Positions 11,640-21,543 of a stretch of DNA of 64,000 nt are shown here, piece after piece (positions within the stretch are counted from its first letter, which is position 1; every line of letters begins with the position of its first letter). This stretch comes from Microcoleus sp. GTDB lineage: Bacteria; Cyanobacteriota; Cyanobacteriia; Cyanobacteriales; Microcoleaceae. Both the position numbers and the translations under genes were made by a program. The notes below the pieces were generated by a model, which had not been told where the DNA came from, made no database searches, and worked only from the letters and a program-made list of their open reading frames with translations. Location: positions 5,440,001 through 5,504,000 of the forward strand of contig CP181291.1 of the NCBI GenBank assembly GCA_052279835.1, given 5' to 3'.

Positions 11640-11813
11640 CAGGGCGGTTTCATTCTCTTGTAGGGGCAATCCCCCTGTGGTTGCCCTTTTGGGTTTGGGG
11701 GCGGGCACCCTTCGGCAAGCTCAGGGCAGGCACCCTTCGGCAAGCTCAGGGCAGGCACGGGGGCACTGCCCCTACAGAAAACCTCCTTTTGATCTGAGAA
11801 TGAAACCGCCCTG
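11640..11813. mobile_element. MITE with perfect 18-bp TIRs and a 12-bp target-site duplication
   Basis: CAGGGCGGTTTCATTCTC ... GAGAATGAAACCGCCCTG; CATTAACTCTGT at 11628-11639 and 11814-11825. Confidence 0.92.
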
Positions 11814-11815
11814 CA

Positions 11816-12997
11816 TTAACTCTGTGCGGATGAGTGAGATATAACGGGTTGATTGGATACTTTCTGTTCAGATAACTTCAGATACTCCGAAAACTTAGCT
11901 GCTAAACTATAGGTGTACTCTTGAGCGCCTTGGTGATTTAAGTGCAAACTATCAATTCGGTTAGATAGTTCATATAAATTTGCAAAGTTATTAGAAGTAA
12001 AAGCAAATAAGGTAGGAATATATCCTAGATTAAAAGCGCTCATAATGGCAGAAGCAGAATGCTCAAAATCAGGATGTAAAGCTGGAGAAATTAAAAATAT
12101 AGGCTCAACTTTTATCTTGGTAACTTTTTCAAAATCATAAACTTTATCAACCAGTTGTTTAACCATTTTACTTGCATAATAGGTGTGGGTTGATGTGGAT
12201 ATATTATCTAACTCGAAAGCTACTTCTTTTACTTTTTCTAATCTACGTTGATAAACTTCTCCGTAATTCGACAGAAAAAACTTTTTCCGGCTTTCACCAT
12301 TCTCCATCCAATCAATTGCATAATATCCAGCCTCTTGGAGTAACTTGTTCTCAGATATGCCGTTTTCTAATACTTCCTCTCTTGGGTGCAAAAAATTAGA
12401 AAAATCACCAATTCCGAACCAGCGATAGAAAAAGCTTATAAAATTTGTATAAAAAGCCTTAATTTTGACTGGTAAGCTACGGTTTGATTCAGCCATTAAT
12501 AGAAAATTTTCTATCGTTTTCATAGGAGTATGCCAATAGACATTTTTCGTCGAAGTCGGTTGTTCGTTCTCAGTCAAAACGTCAAATACGCAGTCTAAAA
12601 AAATCCATTTTAATTTAGCTGGTTTTAAAGTTAAAACTTTTTGTAAATAGAAATCCATCTCCGCTGCATTTGCACTTGGGATACCAAGGTTGAAAGACTT
12701 AACATTATTACCATTGGCTGTCATTAATTCATCAAAATAGTTTGGGATAATTCCATGATATGTGGTACTGGGGCCTAAAAAAATAATATCGTAATCATCT
12801 TTATGTTCGGTCAAATATTGAAATTTAACGCTGATGTCACCAAGACCTTGAGGAGTTTTAAAAGGGGGGAAACCCGTATTGATTAACCCAGCAGTTAAAA
12901 TCAAAGCCAGCATAAAAGTTATGCTATGAACAAATATAGATACTGGTTTTGTTGCCATGATGCTTTTAATCTGTACACCCAAATCCGAAATTTGCAT
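11816..12997 (-). CDS. Membrane-anchored SGNH-like protein (probable AlgJ/DltD-type MBOAT partner)
   Basis: N-terminal TM segment, IFLGPS block I, D-S-L-H-L-N (DxxH) near the C-terminus; directly upstream of the MBOAT gene. Confidence 0.7.
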   Translation of the reverse strand: MQISDLGVQIKSIMATKPVSIFVHSITFMLALILTAGLINTGFPPFKTPQGLGDISVKFQYLTEHKDDYDIIFLGPSTTYHGIIPNYFDELMTANGNNVKSFNLGIPSANAAEMDFYLQKVLTLKPAKLKWIFLDCVFDVLTENEQPTSTKNVYWHTPMKTIENFLLMAESNRSLPVKIKAFYTNFISFFYRWFGIGDFSNFLHPREEVLENGISENKLLQEAGYYAIDWMENGESRKKFFLSNYGEVYQRRLEKVKEVAFELDNISTSTHTYYASKMVKQLVDKVYDFEKVTKIKVEPIFLISPALHPDFEHSASAIMSAFNLGYIPTLFAFTSNNFANLYELSNRIDSLHLNHQGAQEYTYSLAAKFSEYLKLSEQKVSNQPVISHSSAQS

Positions 12998-13093
12998 AAT
13001 AAGTGTAAGCTTTTGTATCGTACTTTCTAAAAATTACAACTGTTTTTAATGATACAGCATTTAATTAAAATCTCAATATTTTATTTATAACGA

Positions 13094-13113
13094 ATATATA
13101 TATATATATATAT
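13094..13113. repeat. (AT)n microsatellite in a divergent promoter region
   Basis: About 10 AT units. Confidence 0.85.
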
Positions 13114-13223
13114 TATAAGGTAAAATGATTGTATTCTTGTTGCTTAAACATTCCCGAACTGATATGTTGGTTATATATATGCTTGCTATCGCGAAAAATA
13201 TTCCTTAACTGTGACGAAAAGCA

Positions 13224-14369
13224 ATGAAATCTGAAAAAATTTTTACTGCTGCCCAAGAACACCCTCTAGCAGGTAGCTCGTTTATTAACTTGATAAAATT
13301 GTTGATTTTGAATGGAGGGATAGATAGAGAATATCTTACTCGAACTTTGTCCATCGCAATGGCAAGTTTTTCAACGATTCCCTTAAGAGTGTTTGAAACT
13401 GTAAAATTTGCTCAAAAGATGGCCGATTTGCCAATTGATTTACCACCAATATTTCTGATCGGCCATCATCGCAGTGGGACAACTTATTTACATGATTTAA
13501 TGAGTCGCGATCCCAATTTCTGCTATTTGGAACATTGGCAAGCTATGGGGGGGTCAGAAATCTTTCTCGGTAGCCCAGAATTAGCTAAAAGTTGGGCTGA
13601 TTCAAACTATCCCAGAAAAAGAATATCTGATGGAGTAATAATGTACGCTGATTCTCCCGAAGAGGAAGAATTTGCCCTGGCAAACTCTTCTTTGTACTCT
13701 TTTTATGCTTGGCATTATTTCCCCAAAAATATGAAAAAACTGTTCCAACAATTTGCATTATTTGAAAATCAAAATGACCAGATAAAAACCGAATGGAAAA
13801 AAGCTTATATGCAAGTTTTACAACGAATAAGTTTGAGTGGTAATGGAAAAAGACTTCTAATTAAAAATCCTGTCCATACAGCGAGAGTAAAGATTTTGTT
13901 AGAAATTTTTCCTGATGCAAAGTTTATTTGTATTTATCGCAATCCTTACACGATTTACGCTTCGACAAGACAATTATATAAAAAACTTTTGCCCATATTT
14001 CAACTTCAAAATATAAGTGAAGTAGAACTTGAGGAAAATATAATTTATATTTATCAACAAATGATGCAAAAGTATTTGGCTGATAAAAATTCTATTCCTC
14101 CAGAAAACTTGATTGAAATTAGGTATGAAGATTTCATTGGCAACGAAATTCTATATCTTAATAAGGTATATAATCAATTCAACCTTCCTGGCTTTGAACA
14201 GGCAGAATCTGAGTTCAAGAAATATATTGAATCTCAGGCTAAGTATAAAACAAATCAGTACATTTTAGATGAGGAAACAATTACAAAAATCACTGAAGAA
14301 TGGAAATTCACGATTGAAAAATGGCAATACGATCTACCAGACAATTTTAGATCCTATCCATCAACTTGA
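13224..14369 (+). CDS. Sulfotransferase family protein
   Basis: PIFLIGHHRSGTTYLH PAPS-binding loop; LLIKNP; FPDAKFICIYRNPY; IRYED. Confidence 0.9.
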   Translation: MKSEKIFTAAQEHPLAGSSFINLIKLLILNGGIDREYLTRTLSIAMASFSTIPLRVFETVKFAQKMADLPIDLPPIFLIGHHRSGTTYLHDLMSRDPNFCYLEHWQAMGGSEIFLGSPELAKSWADSNYPRKRISDGVIMYADSPEEEEFALANSSLYSFYAWHYFPKNMKKLFQQFALFENQNDQIKTEWKKAYMQVLQRISLSGNGKRLLIKNPVHTARVKILLEIFPDAKFICIYRNPYTIYASTRQLYKKLLPIFQLQNISEVELEENIIYIYQQMMQKYLADKNSIPPENLIEIRYEDFIGNEILYLNKVYNQFNLPGFEQAESEFKKYIESQAKYKTNQYILDEETITKITEEWKFTIEKWQYDLPDNFRSYPST

Positions 14370-15731
14370 GAGAGATTATCTTTCTCTCCTGAAGATACAA
14401 ACTCAGCATCACTACTCAAAGATTTTGGTAAGTAGACTAGCAATAAAAGAAGTTTGACAAACCTGAACAATACAGACGACAGCCACAAAATGTCATTATT
14501 GTGGAAATACCAACTGGCTATAGCTGGTGGTATAAATCCCAAAGGAGCAGAGAGTAAGGTGACATTACGAACAACTTTACCTTCTGCTAAGCCTAAGAAA
14601 TATCCTTCAAGCATCGAGGAAACTGAATAAAATGTCAGGATAAAGGATAAATACCAAACATAAGTATTAATACTTCCCGTAATTTCGCTATGGTTGGTTA
14701 ATATTCCAAAAATTATTTCAGGGAAACAAATACAAATTCCTGCTATACTTAGCCCGATCAGCAAGCTACTTGCAACTGAAACTCTTAGTAAAGGCAGAAA
14801 CTCCTCTCTTGAGTTTCTTGCCTTTAAAGTTTCCACTTAAAGTTTCCGTAGCAAATCCCAGTCCATTCGTTAAGTAAATATTTAACTGGATTATCTGCCC
14901 TAGTAGAGAGTTTTGGGCGAACATGATCTTACCCATCGAGGTACTCAAATGAGCAAAAGTCGTAAAAATAGACATTTCAGTAATGGTTCTAATCAAGATA
15001 TCTCTATTAAGAGTCAGGGTAATTTTCAAAGATGACAAATTCAGAATTTTTGGAGCGACAGTTTGTAGTTCTTGCCACTGAAGTTTCTGACTCGCTAAAA
15101 TGATGCCAATAAACAACATTAAATATTGGCTAAATGCTTGAGAGACTCCCGCTCCTGTACTGTTCCAACCCAATTGAATAATTAATACATAGTCTAAAAC
15201 TATATTGGCAGCATTGCCAATAACTGAAAGGATTAAAACCTGATTATTCTCCTCTCGTCCCAGCAACCAACCGATCAGAACGAAGTTGAGTAAAACACCA
15301 GGCGCTCCCCAAATCCGAGCATTAAAATATTCAATCCCAGCAGCCTTGATATCAATATCGGCACTCAATAGCCAAAAACCCACCTCTCGCACAGGATACT
15401 GCAAAATTAAGAGCGTGATACCTAATCCCAAGGCGATTAGTCCATTGCGTAGACCGACTAACAGCGCACCCTCTCGATCATCTGCTCCTGTAGCCTGGGC
15501 TGTCAACCCCGTAGTTCCCATCCGCAAGAACTCAAAAATTAAATAGAGGAGATTGAATAAGACATTAGCAATGGCAACCCCCACTAAAGCATCAATTTCT
15601 TTCAGATGACCCAAAAAAGCCACACTGATTAAACCTGCTAAGGGAATCATCAAATTAGAGAGAACATTAACAATAGCTAGACGATAGAATCGGGGTAGAA
15701 AATCGTAATTTTCTGGAAATGTTAAGTTCAT
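14354..15731 (-). pseudogene. MATE family efflux transporter (DinF/GntT-like), frameshifted near 14815
   Basis: FLRMGTTGLTAQ, NIVLDY, GFATETL; the C-terminal TM part continues in another frame (ORF 14354-14836). May be a sequencing error. Confidence 0.85.
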
Positions 15732-15894
15732 GAGTTAATTAAGGGTTTACTGATAGTTCCGCAAAGCATTTAGCAGTGTAGCTGTTTTTGTCAATATCGC
15801 TCCACTTGCTTCATTTCAGGCCTTCAGATGATTTAGCTCCTGGCTATGTATCTGTCGTTGAGTTCGGCACTCCCAAAGCACGGATCGTCAAAAA

Positions 15895-16020
15895 ATGCAG
15901 ACAGTAGAAGCCCTTCACCATGAAGCAATGGAACTGGTCGATCGAGCCATTCTCGCCCGTCAGCGCGGCGATCTCGACCAAGTGACTGCACTCACCAGAG
16001 TCGCCTTTGCCAAAGAAACG
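15895..16020 (+). pseudogene. 5' fragment of a hypothetical protein (MQTVEALHHEAMELVD...)
   Basis: Plausible helical N-terminus that degenerates after ~40 codons where the next gene begins. Confidence 0.45.
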
Positions 16021-16052
16021 CGCCTCCGCGGATTTAGTCGCCAACGAAGGGG

Positions 16053-16412
16053 ATGGAGAAACTTGAATTCACAGAAGCAGCACTTAAAGAACAACTCGAT
16101 CGCGCCGAAGCTGCCACCATCCTTGCTAATGCTACCGAACCCCGCGCCCGTTGGGCCTGCTACGATCGCACATCCGGCAATATCGTCATTCATCTCAAAG
16201 ATGGTTCCACGTTCATGTTCCCCCATCACCTGGGACAAGGGCTAGCCAACGCCACCCCAGATGACCTCGCCGCCGTCGAAGTTACCCCATCCGGTATCGG
16301 CTTACATTGGGAAACCCTCGATGTCGATTTAACTGTCCCATCCATCCTCCGAGGCATTTACGGCACTAAAACCTGGATGGAACAACTCCACCAGCAACAA
16401 ATTGTTACCTAG
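16053..16412 (+). CDS. DUF2442 domain protein (putative antitoxin-like)
   Basis: IVIHLKDG...GLANAT...VEVTPSGIGLHWETLDVDLTVPSIL. Confidence 0.8.
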   Translation: MEKLEFTEAALKEQLDRAEAATILANATEPRARWACYDRTSGNIVIHLKDGSTFMFPHHLGQGLANATPDDLAAVEVTPSGIGLHWETLDVDLTVPSILRGIYGTKTWMEQLHQQQIVT

Positions 16413-16459
16413 CCCCCTTTCCCTCAAAGCACGAATCATTGAGCTTAACCGAAGACAAG

Positions 16460-16585
16460 ATGACAGAAGACCCCATTCTGAAAGTCTGGCTACTAGAATA
16501 CGACAAACTCAAAGCCGAGCAAACCCAGCGGATTGGCTTCCGAGACAACCTCCTCTACCTCACCTTATCCTTTAATACAGATTAA
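16460..16585 (+). pseudogene. Short, apparently truncated ORF MTEDPILKVWLLEYDKLKAEQTQRIGFRDNLLYLTLSFNTD
   Basis: Translated by hand; below the ORF-track cutoff; ends abruptly against the stop of the opposite-strand gene. Confidence 0.45.
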
Positions 16586-17064
16586 GCGTTAGCTGATAGG
16601 AAAGGAAGGCTTTCTGCTAAGTTATCTTTAACTTCAATTCCCTGTTTCATCGCCCAAAATTGGCTCAAAAAGTGGATTTGGCGCAAACCCACTATTAAAT
16701 TTAAACCTGGTATGAAAATCCACCAAACTGTTAGCGGTTCTTTGATTCCTTCTTGGCGATACAGTTCGTTGACTGTGTTGTAAAGTTTGAATTGTACGAT
16801 GTAAATCCAAGCAATGCCTAGGAAGGAAAACCAACCAAACCATCCGGGAACGTCGGGATCGTAGATTCGCAAAGCTTGGGGAATGGCTACTCCTAACACA
16901 AAGGGTAGCAAGCAGAGGGTTCCTGACCACCCGGTGCCGTTATAGCGGCGCAACTCTTCTTGAATAATCCATTTATACCATCCGTAGTACAGCAGCAAGG
17001 TGGCTGCGGATAGCAAAATTACTTTCCACAAGGAGCGGGGTTTACCTAAAGGTTTTTCGGACAT
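16582..17064 (-). CDS. Membrane protein (DUF4234-like)
   Basis: RSLWKVILLSAATLLLYYGWY plus further TM segments. Confidence 0.6.
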   Translation of the reverse strand: MSEKPLGKPRSLWKVILLSAATLLLYYGWYKWIIQEELRRYNGTGWSGTLCLLPFVLGVAIPQALRIYDPDVPGWFGWFSFLGIAWIYIVQFKLYNTVNELYRQEGIKEPLTVWWIFIPGLNLIVGLRQIHFLSQFWAMKQGIEVKDNLAESLPFLSANA

Positions 17065-17115
17065 ATTGAAATGTAAGAGATGGATGGCAATCTTGATTAT
17101 ATTAAGATTTGTTAA

Positions 17116-18264
17116 TTATTGCAAAATCATTTCTCGAATTGTGCGTGCTGTGGCGGGGGCGAGTAATACGCCGTTGCGATAGTGGCCGCTGGCGATGAGG
17201 ATGTTGTTGTTACTGGAAAGTCGATCGATAATTGGTGCGGGTCGCATTTCGGGGCGCGGGCGCAATCCTGACCATTGCTTGATAATCTTGGCTGTTGCTA
17301 AGGCTGGACAAAGGGCGATCGCCTTTTCCATGACTTGCTGCAACATATCAGCATTCGCCTGAATTTCCTCGCTATTTACCGGAAACTCCACCGTCGCCCC
17401 TACCCAATATTCCTGATTTTGCAAAGGCACAATATGGACGTCATTGCAAGTAATTACTGGGGCAAAATCAGGATTTTCTAGAGGTTTGGGCGATCGCAAA
17501 TGTAGCGCTTGTCCCAACACCGGGCGAATGTCAACCAATTGATTTAATGATGCGGTTAAAGCAGAAGAGCCTAAACCAGCAGCTACAATTAGCCAATCGA
17601 ATTCTAAATTTCCTACATTTGTTTGAATCTGACATTTTGCACCATTTTCAATCACAGGCATCTTGCCTGTTCCACAAGGTATTACATTGGTTATGGGGTG
17701 GGCATCTTTCCCGCCCATGAGGCCTTGAATTTCTACCCCAAAGTCAAAATTAACTCCTTTGAGCTTAGCAGCCTCAACTAAAGCTAAAGTCAGGGCTGTG
17801 GGATCGACTTGTCGATCGCGAGGTGAATAAATAGCACCAATAATGGGATGATTGAGATTAAGATGAGGATTGCGATCGCGCACTTGCTCTAAATCCCAAA
17901 TTTCCAAATTCCAACCTTGAGACTGGCGAGTGGCTTGCAATTTTTCCCACTTACTTAAATCATCTCCCTCGGAACAAAGCATCAAAATTCCCTGTTTGTT
18001 AAAAGGAATTTTCCGCCCCGTTATTGCTTCTAATTCTGGAATCAGAGTTTCGTAATGCTGAAGGCTACTTTCTCTTAACTGCCAATTTCTGCCCTTGGTT
18101 TTGTGGCTAATTATTCCCATCAATACACCAAGGGCTGCACCGGTGGATGCTTGTGCCGGCGGCTGTTTGTCGAATACCGTGACTTTCAGTTCGGGATAGT
18201 GGCTTAGTTCAAAGGCGATCGATGCTCCGACAATACCACATCCAATAATTGCAATACGAACCAT
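17116..18264 (-). CDS. FAD-dependent oxidoreductase (glycine oxidase / D-amino acid oxidase family)
   Basis: IIGCGIVG FAD motif; WSGLRPRP; SGHYRNGVLLAP. Confidence 0.9.
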   Translation of the reverse strand: MVRIAIIGCGIVGASIAFELSHYPELKVTVFDKQPPAQASTGAALGVLMGIISHKTKGRNWQLRESSLQHYETLIPELEAITGRKIPFNKQGILMLCSEGDDLSKWEKLQATRQSQGWNLEIWDLEQVRDRNPHLNLNHPIIGAIYSPRDRQVDPTALTLALVEAAKLKGVNFDFGVEIQGLMGGKDAHPITNVIPCGTGKMPVIENGAKCQIQTNVGNLEFDWLIVAAGLGSSALTASLNQLVDIRPVLGQALHLRSPKPLENPDFAPVITCNDVHIVPLQNQEYWVGATVEFPVNSEEIQANADMLQQVMEKAIALCPALATAKIIKQWSGLRPRPEMRPAPIIDRLSSNNNILIASGHYRNGVLLAPATARTIREMILQ

Positions 18265-18309
18265 TCGATTTGAGATTTATGAGGTATGTTCAATATCCCG
18301 TAGGGACAC

Positions 18310-18703
18310 GGCATTTACTTGTTACCAGGCTCTGCCTGGTAACACAGATCCGGAGGCTCTGCCTCCAATTTGACTACTCTCAGAGCGAGGCAGAGCCTCT
18401 GGACATGGGTTCCCAGGCTCTAGCCTGGGAACCAGTACAATGGGCATTTACTTGTTACCAGGCTCTGCCTGGTAACACAGATCCGGAGGCTCTGCCTCCA
18501 ATTTGACTATTCTCAGAGCGAGGCAGAGCCTCTGGACATGGGTTCCCAGGCTAGAGCCTGGGAACCAGTACAATGGGCATTTACTTGTTACCAGGCTCTG
18601 CCTGGTAATACAGATCCGGAGGCTCTGCCTCCAATTTGACTATTCTCAGAGCGAGGCAGAGCCTCTGGACATGGGTTCCCAGGCTAGAGCCTGGGAACCA
18701 GTA
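18310..18703. repeat. Tandem triplication of a 133-bp palindrome-rich unit
   Basis: Units start at ~18310, 18443 and 18576 and are near-identical; each has GTTACCAGG-CTCTG-CCTGGTAAC and GGTTCCCAGGCT..AGCCTGGGAACC hairpins. Confidence 0.95.
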
Positions 18704-18722
18704 AGCAGTAGCTCGACAGTGA

Positions 18723-19166
18723 TTAAGCTTTAGGAATTAGCTGCAAGAAAGCATCAAAATCCTTGACTGCTTTTTGATAGCTGCTGGTAACTTTTGCATA
18801 GTCAAGATCCTTAGCAGCAATATCAATATTCACCAAATCTGCAAACAAACTCTTGGTTAAGTCAACGGCTTGTTGTTGATCTTTAGGTAACAAACTTACA
18901 GATACGGTTTTCATTGCGCCCCGCAACTCGCCCAGAGGACCATGAATGTAAGTTCTGGTATCAACCCAGTTGCGTTTTTGAATTAGGGTTCCCAGGTTAT
19001 CCATGCGCGATCGCAATTCTGTCAGAGTAGGAACATAACGCTGAATTTGCTGAACCTGTGCTGCTGTGTAAGTTGTTGGAACTTTTGCTTCCACACTGCT
19101 GCAACTTACGAGAAATGCCATCAGAAATGACATCATTAAGGCAAGAATTGAACGGAGACGAATCAT
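18723..19166 (-). CDS. psbQ: Photosystem II extrinsic lipoprotein CyanoQ
   Basis: Lipobox LVSC; WVDTRTYIHGPLGELR. Confidence 0.92.
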   Translation of the reverse strand: MIRLRSILALMMSFLMAFLVSCSSVEAKVPTTYTAAQVQQIQRYVPTLTELRSRMDNLGTLIQKRNWVDTRTYIHGPLGELRGAMKTVSVSLLPKDQQQAVDLTKSLFADLVNIDIAAKDLDYAKVTSSYQKAVKDFDAFLQLIPKA

Positions 19167-19316
19167 GTCGATTTTAGATTTTAGATGTTAGATTTTAGAT
19201 TGCTCGTTGCGATCGAACACAGGTCCTACGGAAAGCTCGTTCCCCGGAAGAGCCTGGGAACGCAGATTCTTTGGCTCTGCCTCGCTCACCCAGCACCGAA
19301 AGTGAGGTACAAAATG

Positions 19317-20168
19317 TTAGTTTACCTCTTTTCGGCGCAGAAAACCAATTAGAGCATCACCAACTTTTTCTGACCAATGTTCTTGAGGATAATGCCCTGC
19401 TTGTTCTACTTTGACCAACTCTGCATTGGACAATGAACTAACTAACTTTTCCACTGGTTGCACGCTCAGCCAAGGGTCTGTTAATCCCCATATAAATAAG
19501 GTGGGTCTAGTCCATGCGGAAAAGCCCGATTCAATTTCTGCTATTGACTGTGGCAATTGAATATTGCGGACTGTGTTCATGAGCGATCGCCCCGCATCGG
19601 AACTCTTCAAAAATGGACGGCGATAAACATCTAAATCCTTGTCTGATATGGGATATCGACAGCCACCTTCTAAGGTTCTGTCCACCAAAAGTGGGTCTTG
19701 GGTCATCATATCGCCAATAAAAGGCAGTCCTAATTGCTGCATTTTCCAAGGTAATTTTATATCTGCTGAAACTGGTGTATTAATGACTACTAAACGTTCA
19801 ATTTTATCGGGGTTGCGCAGGGCATATTGAATGCCTGCGGAAGCTAAAAATCCTTGGACTATTAGGTAAAACTTGTCTATTTCTAAAGCTTGAATAAAAT
19901 CAGCAAATGCTTGCACAAAAGCATCGGGAGTGTAGGGAAAGTCGCGTTTGTCCGGTTTGGTCGATCGCCCATAACCGATCCAATCTGGTGCGATCGCCCG
20001 AAATCCGTTAGTCGCTAAATCGGGCATGATAGCAGTCCAAGTAAAACTCTGAGATGGCAAACCGTGCAGTAACAGCACAGGATGTTTATCAGTTTTGTTA
20101 AGCGGATTTGTTTCTCGATAAAACCATTCCAGGGACCCGGACTGGATTGTCTTTTCGTCAATTGACAT
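19317..20168 (-). CDS. Alpha/beta fold hydrolase (haloalkane dehalogenase-like)
   Basis: [25 protein letters not shown]; start taken as MSIDEK because the upstream extension is STRR. Confidence 0.88.
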   Translation of the reverse strand: MSIDEKTIQSGSLEWFYRETNPLNKTDKHPVLLLHGLPSQSFTWTAIMPDLATNGFRAIAPDWIGYGRSTKPDKRDFPYTPDAFVQAFADFIQALEIDKFYLIVQGFLASAGIQYALRNPDKIERLVVINTPVSADIKLPWKMQQLGLPFIGDMMTQDPLLVDRTLEGGCRYPISDKDLDVYRRPFLKSSDAGRSLMNTVRNIQLPQSIAEIESGFSAWTRPTLFIWGLTDPWLSVQPVEKLVSSLSNAELVKVEQAGHYPQEHWSEKVGDALIGFLRRKEVN

Positions 20169-20177
20169 TATTTTAAG

Positions 20178-20243
20178 AATGGGGAATGGGGAATTGGGAA
20201 TGGGGAATTGGGAATGGGGAATGGGGAATTGGGAATTGGGAAT
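20178..20243. repeat. STRR heptamer array (GGGAATG/GGGAATT)
   Basis: Tandem 7-mers. Confidence 0.9.
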
Positions 20244-20280
20244 AGCTAAAGTATATTGGCAGTTGCTATCTATCAAACAA

Positions 20281-20303
20281 GAGGGCGGGGAATACCCGCC
20301 CTC
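20281..20303. terminator. Hairpin downstream of petA
   Basis: GAGGGCGGG-GAATA-CCCGCCCTC. Confidence 0.5.
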
Positions 20304-20360
20304 ATTACCTAGTAGTAGAATGTCTAGGACACTTTACTGGCGATCGAGTTAAAGCCACTC

Positions 20361-21368
20361 TTAGAAATTCATTTCAGCAGCTTGAACTTTTTCGACCTGT
20401 TTCTTCTTGAGAACCAGCATGATTTGAGCCAACATGGTCAAGGCCAAGAAAGCCATCAACCCTTTAACGCGATCGGCACTTTGCAGCACAATCTCAACAT
20501 CTTTTTGACCAAACCCACCTACATTAGGATTGTTTGTCAAAGCTTCACCTGCTGTCACAGTTTGTCCTTCAGAAACAAGCAGTTCAGGGCCCGGAGGAAT
20601 TGTCTCAACAACTGCTTCACCTTCTGTCGGTAGAATTGTTACTTCATAACCGCCATCTTCTGGTGTGGAAATTTTAGAAATTGTACCAGCTACCGAAGCA
20701 TTATAAACAGTATTATTGCTTTTTGCACCAGTAGGATAAACCTGACCGCGACCGCGGTTGCCACCGACATAAATTAGGTATTTACCAAAGTGAACGGACT
20801 TGTCAGTTGCTGGATTTGGCGACAAAACTGGGAATACCAATTCTTTGTACTGATCTCCTGGCAGTGGGCCCACTAAAACAATATTTTCTTGGGTTTCGCT
20901 GTAAGGTTGGAAGTAAAGATCGCCGACTTTTTCCTTCATTTCTTCAGGAATTCTGTCTTCGGGAGCAATTTTGAAACCTTCGGGCAACATCACAACAGCG
21001 CCCACATTCAAGCCACCTTTGCTACCATCGCCAACTACTTGTTGAACGTTGGTATCGTAGGGAACTTTGACAATAGCTTCAAAAACTGTGTCCGGCAAAA
21101 CAGATTGGGGTACTTCTACTTCGGTGGGTTTGGCGCCGAGGTGACAGTTAGCGCAAACAATTTTGCCCGTTGCTTCGCGGGGAGTAGCGGGTGCTGTTTG
21201 CTGAGCCCAGAAAGGATAGGCTAGTGCTGCTTGGGGAAGTGCGATGTCGCTGCTGAGGAAAAATGCGGCGGCGGCGATCGCAACTATGGCAGTTTTGGCG
21301 ATCGTCCGAGCACTGCGACGAACAATCGCAGATAAATTAATTTGTGGCATCAGAGTATTCAATCTCAA
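20361..21368 (-). CDS. petA: Apocytochrome f (start may instead be ATG at 21350)
   Basis: YPFWAQ, CANCH heme motif, [18 protein letters not shown]-terminus. Confidence 0.98.
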   Translation of the reverse strand: MRLNTLMPQINLSAIVRRSARTIAKTAIVAIAAAAFFLSSDIALPQAALAYPFWAQQTAPATPREATGKIVCANCHLGAKPTEVEVPQSVLPDTVFEAIVKVPYDTNVQQVVGDGSKGGLNVGAVVMLPEGFKIAPEDRIPEEMKEKVGDLYFQPYSETQENIVLVGPLPGDQYKELVFPVLSPNPATDKSVHFGKYLIYVGGNRGRGQVYPTGAKSNNTVYNASVAGTISKISTPEDGGYEVTILPTEGEAVVETIPPGPELLVSEGQTVTAGEALTNNPNVGGFGQKDVEIVLQSADRVKGLMAFLALTMLAQIMLVLKKKQVEKVQAAEMNF

Positions 21369-21383
21369 AGGTCTAACAATTTA

Positions 21384-21543
21384 GTCATTGGTCATTAGTC
21401 ATTTGTCATTGGTTATTAGTCCTTGGTCATTAGTCCTTGGTCCTTGGTCATTAGTTGTTAGTTATGCGCATCGAAATATTTCCCAACTCCGACATTTTTA
21501 CCTACTAACTAATGACTGCTGACTGCTGACTAATGACTAATAA
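21384..21543. repeat. STRR arrays (GTCATTA/GTCCTTG and complementary TAATGAC) between petC and petA
   Basis: Tandem 7-mers in inverted arrangement. Confidence 0.8.

Noticed and set aside
11600..11797. 65-aa ORF between the MBOAT and SGNH-like genes
   Set aside because: It lies almost entirely within the MITE.
14354..15731. Guanitoxin biosynthesis cluster suggested by the GntT-like MATE
   Set aside because: No other recognisable gnt genes (PLP enzymes, kinase, heme oxygenase-like hydroxylase) are nearby, and this MATE type is widespread.
18310..18703. Possible CRISPR array
   Set aside because: The units are 133 bp and near-identical end to end, with no unique spacers and no cas genes nearby.
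18249..18733. ORFs of 85 and 76 aa
   Set aside because: They are translations of the tandem repeat unit.
20169..20276. N-terminal extension of the alpha/beta hydrolase (similarly tatC 25113-25211)
   Set aside because: [13 protein letters not shown] sequence is translated STRR; the downstream ATG is more plausible.
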